A stretch of DNA of 64,000 bases from an uncultured Chitinophagaceae bacterium (GTDB lineage Bacteria; Bacteroidota; Bacteroidia; Chitinophagales; Chitinophagaceae). Position 1 is the first letter of the stretch, and each line of letters opens with the position of its first letter. Below the pieces are notes generated by a model that did not search any database, was not told where the DNA came from, and worked only from the letters and a program-made list of their open reading frames with translations. The position numbers and the translations under genes are program-made. The stretch covers positions 1,388-65,387 of the forward strand of contig CAYXRN010000002.1 of NCBI GenBank assembly GCA_964467635.1, written 5' to 3'. Positions 59,875 through 64,000 of the stretch are shown in pieces.

Positions 59875-61142
59875 ACATCTTATTAATTGGAAACGGTGGT
59901 CGAGAACATGCCCTTGCCTGGAAGTTGCAACAGAGCCCACTTTGCGATAAACTGTATACCGCTCCAGGAAACGCCGGTACCGCGCTATGTGGGGAAAATC
60001 TGGCAGTAGATGTTAGGGACTTTGATGAAATAAAACAGATCTGTCTGGAAAAAAAGATCGATATGGTTATTCCCGGCCCGGAAGTACCACTGGTAGATGG
60101 TATAAAGGATTACCTTAAAAGTGTTGCTGCATTAAGCCATCTTCCGGTGATTGGTCCGGGAAGATCCGGGGCTCAACTGGAGGGAAGCAAAGCCTTTGCC
60201 AAGTCCTTTATGAAAAAACATCATATTCCGACAGCAGCTTACCAGGAATTTGATGCTTCTTCTTTTGAAGAAGGCCAGCAATATATACGGCAACACAGTC
60301 TTCCTATTGTGTTGAAAGCGGATGGATTGGCCGCTGGTAAGGGAGTGCTTATTTGTGAAACCCATCAGCAGGCCTTGACTGAATTTGAACAGATGCTCGG
60401 AGGAAAGTTCGGCCATGCCGGAAGTAAAGTGGTGGTAGAACAATTTCTGGAGGGAATTGAATTGTCGGTTTTTGTATTGACGGACGGGAAAGACTATCTG
60501 GTACTGCCTGAAGCTAAGGATTATAAAAGAATAGGAGTGGGTGATACCGGATTGAATACCGGAGGGATGGGGGCAGTTTCGCCAGTACCTTTTGCCGATG
60601 AGGCTTTCCTGCAAAAAATAGAATCAAAGATTATCCAACCCACTATCCAGGGTATTCAAACCGACGAGTTGGATTATACCGGTTTTATCTTTTTTGGGCT
60701 GATCAAAGTAGGGGAGGAGCCCTATGTTATCGAATATAACTGCAGAATGGGTGACCCCGAAACGGAGGTAATAATGCCCCGCATCTTAAATGATCTGGTG
60801 GAATTGTTCATCGCTGTGGCAAAAAACACTCTTTCCCGACACAGCATCCAGGCTAATCCGTTGGCCGGCGTAACCACCATCGTAGTTTCAGGCGGCTATC
60901 CCGAGGCTTATAAAAAAGGCATGAAAATCGCGTTACCTGAAACAACCGAAAATGAAATTCTCTTTTATGCGGGGGCCGTTGAAAAAGAAGGTGAAATTGT
61001 CACCAACGGCGGACGTGTTATGGCTGCTACCGTATTAGCCGAAGATCTGCGAACGGCCATGCACAAATCTAAAAGCCTTGCCAGGAAGATTGAATTTGAC
61101 GGGAAATATTTCAGACAGGATATTGGCTGGGAGTTCAGTTAA
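59871..61142 (+). CDS. purD: phosphoribosylamine--glycine ligase
   Basis: MNILLIGNGGREHALAWKL N-terminus, ATP-grasp motifs, GDPETEV. An ATGA overlap joins it to the upstream gene. Confidence 0.95.
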   Translation: MNILLIGNGGREHALAWKLQQSPLCDKLYTAPGNAGTALCGENLAVDVRDFDEIKQICLEKKIDMVIPGPEVPLVDGIKDYLKSVAALSHLPVIGPGRSGAQLEGSKAFAKSFMKKHHIPTAAYQEFDASSFEEGQQYIRQHSLPIVLKADGLAAGKGVLICETHQQALTEFEQMLGGKFGHAGSKVVVEQFLEGIELSVFVLTDGKDYLVLPEAKDYKRIGVGDTGLNTGGMGAVSPVPFADEAFLQKIESKIIQPTIQGIQTDELDYTGFIFFGLIKVGEEPYVIEYNCRMGDPETEVIMPRILNDLVELFIAVAKNTLSRHSIQANPLAGVTTIVVSGGYPEAYKKGMKIALPETTENEILFYAGAVEKEGEIVTNGGRVMAATVLAEDLRTAMHKSKSLARKIEFDGKYFRQDIGWEFS

Positions 61143-61257
61143 ATTCCCTACCCGCTGACGACAATCCCTCAGGATAGCAGGGTAACCTCTTCACAGGTGG
61201 CTGACATTTTCTTCTTACCTTGTGGCCGTTAATAGGAAAATTTAAACGCCGACATAC

Positions 61258-62607
61258 ATGCTCCGAAAAATTGCGTATGGGCTCTTAATAGGTCTTTTAT
61301 TCTTCCAAACCACCGCTGCCCAAAAAGTAGATCCCGCCCACCGTGCAGACTGGTTCAGAGAAGCCAAATTTGGTATGTTTATTCACTTTGGCTTATATAG
61401 TATATTGGGAGGAACATACAATGGGCATACTTTACCGGACACCACCTTTCCACACGGGAAGAGTTGGTATGCAGAATGGATTCAACAAAGACTCGATGTG
61501 CCCGACGAAGTCTATCGCAATCTGGTTAAACGATTCAATCCTGTAAATTTCGACGCAGATAAATGGATACGGGAGGCCCGGGATGCAGGCATGAAATATT
61601 TTGTCATAACAGCCAAACATCATGACGGTTTTGCCTTATGGGACTCAAAAGTTTCCGATTACGACCTGGGCAGTACACCATATCAAAAAGATATCTTGGG
61701 TGAATTGGCCAAAGCCTGCAGAAAATACGGTCTAAAGTTCGGTTTTTACTATTCGCACTGTGAAGACTGGGATCATCCTGGAGGGGCCAAGCCGCATTGG
61801 CTGCCGAGGGTGAGCGAGACCGGTTTTGAACAATACTGGAATGGGAAGTGCCTACCCCAGGTCAAAGAATTGATCAATCGCTACCATCCCGATCTTTTTT
61901 GGTTTGATACATGGGGGGATGAACAGGAGAAAATTTTCATCAATGAAGAAAGACGAGACCAGTTGATTGCATTAATCAGAAAGCTGGCACCTGACTGCCT
62001 GATCAATGGACGGATTTCTTACCTGAACCCTGGCAACGAGGTAGATTTCTTGGAAATGATGGATAACACTTATCCGGATTCTTTATTAAGCAAACCCTGG
62101 CAGACCCCTGCAACCATGGTGCACTCCTGGGGCTGGCATTCCAAAGATTATCATTGGAAAACAGCACAGCAAATGGTCTCTTTCCTTGTCAGCAACGTAT
62201 CAAAAGGTGGTAATTATCTGCTTAATGTTGGTCCCAAACCGGACGGTACTTTTCCAAAAATGGCTATTCGCAGATTACGGGAAATCGGTGGTTGGATGGT
62301 TGCTAATGGAGCGGCTATACACGGCGCACATCCTGTAAAAAAAGCTGCACCAGCGGGTGTGGTTTTTACACAAAAGCAAAAGGAGAATAGGAACATTTAC
62401 GTATGCCTGGTAAAAAAACAGCCCAATCGACTTGTCCTTCCATTCGAGTATGATAAGGTCGCAAGCTGCTCTCTGCTGCAATCATCCATGCCCATCAAAT
62501 ATGAAAAAAGCAATGAGGGTGAAGTTGCTTTGACTTTACCGGAGAAAGTAGCTGCTCTATATGATGGAGTACAGGTGATTAAACTGGAGCTTTCCGATCA
62601 TGAATAA
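61258..62607 (+). CDS. alpha-L-fucosidase (GH29)
   Basis: Signal peptide plus motifs FGMFIHFGLYS, AKHHDGFALWDS and LFWFDTWG. Confidence 0.85.
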   Translation: MLRKIAYGLLIGLLFFQTTAAQKVDPAHRADWFREAKFGMFIHFGLYSILGGTYNGHTLPDTTFPHGKSWYAEWIQQRLDVPDEVYRNLVKRFNPVNFDADKWIREARDAGMKYFVITAKHHDGFALWDSKVSDYDLGSTPYQKDILGELAKACRKYGLKFGFYYSHCEDWDHPGGAKPHWLPRVSETGFEQYWNGKCLPQVKELINRYHPDLFWFDTWGDEQEKIFINEERRDQLIALIRKLAPDCLINGRISYLNPGNEVDFLEMMDNTYPDSLLSKPWQTPATMVHSWGWHSKDYHWKTAQQMVSFLVSNVSKGGNYLLNVGPKPDGTFPKMAIRRLREIGGWMVANGAAIHGAHPVKKAAPAGVVFTQKQKENRNIYVCLVKKQPNRLVLPFEYDKVASCSLLQSSMPIKYEKSNEGEVALTLPEKVAALYDGVQVIKLELSDHE

Positions 62608-62694
62608 GATGTTAAAATAACATTGATATCAGGTAAAATACTAATAGCATTAATAAGTAATGTGTTGTAATATTGTTGCAGGATAATCAATTGG

Positions 62695-63240
62695 TTGCCT
62701 ATGTCAGCATTTCGACCAGATGAAGCTTATTTGCTAGAAGGATTAAGGGAAGGCGATCCGGTAGTATTTCGACTTATTTACCGCTTGTATTGGCAAAAAC
62801 TATACAACATGGCTTATCACTACCTGTCTAATGAAACAGACGCGGAAGATATTGTCCAGGACGTCTTTATTTCACTGTGGTTCCGAAGAGAACGTATTCA
62901 AATCAATGTAGCGCTGGAAAATTACCTGGTACGTTCGGCAAAATACACTGCTTTTTTTTACCTCAAACTAAAAAAAAAATACAAAGAATCGTTACAAGCA
63001 GCACCTTCCTTAACCGTTTCCAACGATACGGAAGAACAAATCTATTACAAGGGGCTGTTGGAACAAATTCAGACTATTTTCGAGTCAACTTCTCAAAAAA
63101 CAAAAGAAATTTTTTATCTGAATCGCTTCAACGGATTAACTTACAAAGAGATCGCGGAGCACCTTCATATATCGGTCAAGACCGTAGAGTATCATATTTC
63201 ACAAGCCTTGAAATTGATCACAGTCAATGGGCTCGGGTAA
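62695..63240 (+). CDS. ECF-type RNA polymerase sigma-70 factor (Bacteroidota expansion family)
   Basis: Region 2 (AEDIVQDVFISLW) and region 4 HTH (GLTYKEIAEHLHISVKTVEYHISQALK). The probable ATG is at 62701. Confidence 0.85.
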   Translation: MPMSAFRPDEAYLLEGLREGDPVVFRLIYRLYWQKLYNMAYHYLSNETDAEDIVQDVFISLWFRRERIQINVALENYLVRSAKYTAFFYLKLKKKYKESLQAAPSLTVSNDTEEQIYYKGLLEQIQTIFESTSQKTKEIFYLNRFNGLTYKEIAEHLHISVKTVEYHISQALKLITVNGLG

Positions 63241-63690
63241 AGACGTTAGGAACCGATGTGAAAAATCAGAATACCAGTTGCTGACGATATTATTTCGATT
63301 TCTCCTCTGGGCATTCTCTTTGTCGCATTTTCCGTTTTATCCAGACGGTATAGGTTTTCGACTTATTCTCCCGACATTGCCGGTTCAAACCTGGGATACA
63401 GTAGATGATGTGTTTAAAAATTCCTGTCACCTGAAAGCAGAGGCCTTTAGCATCCTATGCGCCTAACTATCGATTTCCCTATAGCAACAGCTCATTACTT
63501 TCTCTTATTGAAATGAACCCAAAGGTATTTTCAAGAATAGATCCCGTGGAAATTTAATAAAAGAAAAAAATATTTTTTTATTCTAATTAATTATTGTATA
63601 TTCTCGCCACTTCAAAAAGCTATACAGGGTCTGCAGTACCTTGTAGGATGCGCTCGAAGGCTTATTATTTATGCTTTTAAATTTCTAAAA

Positions 63691-64000
63691 TTGGACAAAA
63701 TTACTGTTATTGTACCTGCTCATAATACCGGCAGGTTCATTGCAAAGACCCTTTACTCCGTTATTGCACAAACCTATACAAACTTTGAAGTCCTTGTAAT
63801 TGATGACGGGTCTACCGACCATACTTATGATGTAGCCTCATCTGTGAAGGACAATAGGATAAAAGTATTTCGAACATCACATGAAGGACTGTCTGCCGCA
63901 AGAAACTACGGATTGAAAAAAGCGAGTGGAGATTTCATTTATTTTTTAGATTCCGACGATTGGATAGAACCTGATCTTCTGGATAAGAACCTAAATTGCT
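63691..64000 (+). CDS. family-2 glycosyltransferase, 3' end beyond the window
   Basis: (M)DKITVIVPAHNTGRFIAKTLYSVIAQTYTNFEVLVIDDGSTD...FLDSDD carries the classic GT2 DxD-type N-terminal motifs. There is a TTG start at 63691, and the frame is open to the window end. Confidence 0.8.
   Translation, partial: MDKITVIVPAHNTGRFIAKTLYSVIAQTYTNFEVLVIDDGSTDHTYDVASSVKDNRIKVFRTSHEGLSAARNYGLKKASGDFIYFLDSDDWIEPDLLDKNLNC

Noticed and set aside
63227-63690. ORF 63227..63466 and a minus-strand -7-like box (CAAAGGTA at ~63521) downstream of the ECF sigma gene, considered as an anti-sigma gene or an sRNA.
   Set aside because: The ORF overlaps the sigma stop in another frame and has no TM segment or FecR-like features. 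No minus-strand ORF longer than 15 codons follows the box. An isolated motif match in AT-rich DNA is weak evidence.

Overview
This 64 kb window looks like a core chromosomal segment of a Bacteroidota genome, probably Chitinophagia- or Sphingobacteriia-like. That placement rests on many exact TAnnTTTG '-7' promoter boxes 15-40 nt upstream of start codons, few Shine-Dalgarno sequences, and gene content such as DUF1599 divergent from folP, a DoxX/thioredoxin-fold fusion, ftsK-lolA, a CarboxypepD_reg-type TonB receptor and the long Bacteroidota-type AtpB. About 55 protein genes are tightly packed and almost all are housekeeping.

Gene order:
- argB(partial)-argE-like-argH, TlpA-like, EVE, LutA-like, ribH, pdhA, recF, ndk, NrnA-like, FKBP
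- cdaA-folP, DUF1599, a Dpp-type permease, outer-membrane proteins, M13 and M23 peptidases, FUSC, an APC permease, a TonB receptor
- lepA, tRNA-Asp, accA-dapA, lspA, ftsK-lolA, H+-PPase, atpBEFHA, acnA, TMEM175, an SSS symporter, an FAD monooxygenase
- a transketolase C-terminal half, purD, a GH29 fucosidase, an ECF sigma factor, and the start of a GT2 gene

I found no rRNA, CRISPR array, intact mobile element, prophage or recognisable defence or secondary-metabolite island. I could not identify a convincing novel multi-gene system.

The observations most worth a second look:
1. A dnaX-type A_AAA_AAG slippery site and A10 run lie exactly at the junction of a signal-peptide-bearing outer-membrane/coiled-coil ORF and a signal-less OmpA-domain ORF.
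2. A ~390 nt G/C-rich unassigned segment lies downstream of cdaA. It is either a structured RNA or an atypical small ORF.
3. Two 31 bp direct repeats upstream of the atp operon each carry a perfect -7 box.
4. A ~107 nt structured element sits just 3' of acnA.
5. An internally duplicated DUF1599 protein is paired divergently with folP.
6. A decayed ISL3-like transposase lies next to tRNA-Asp.

All functional calls come from motif and family recognition by eye. No database search was run.
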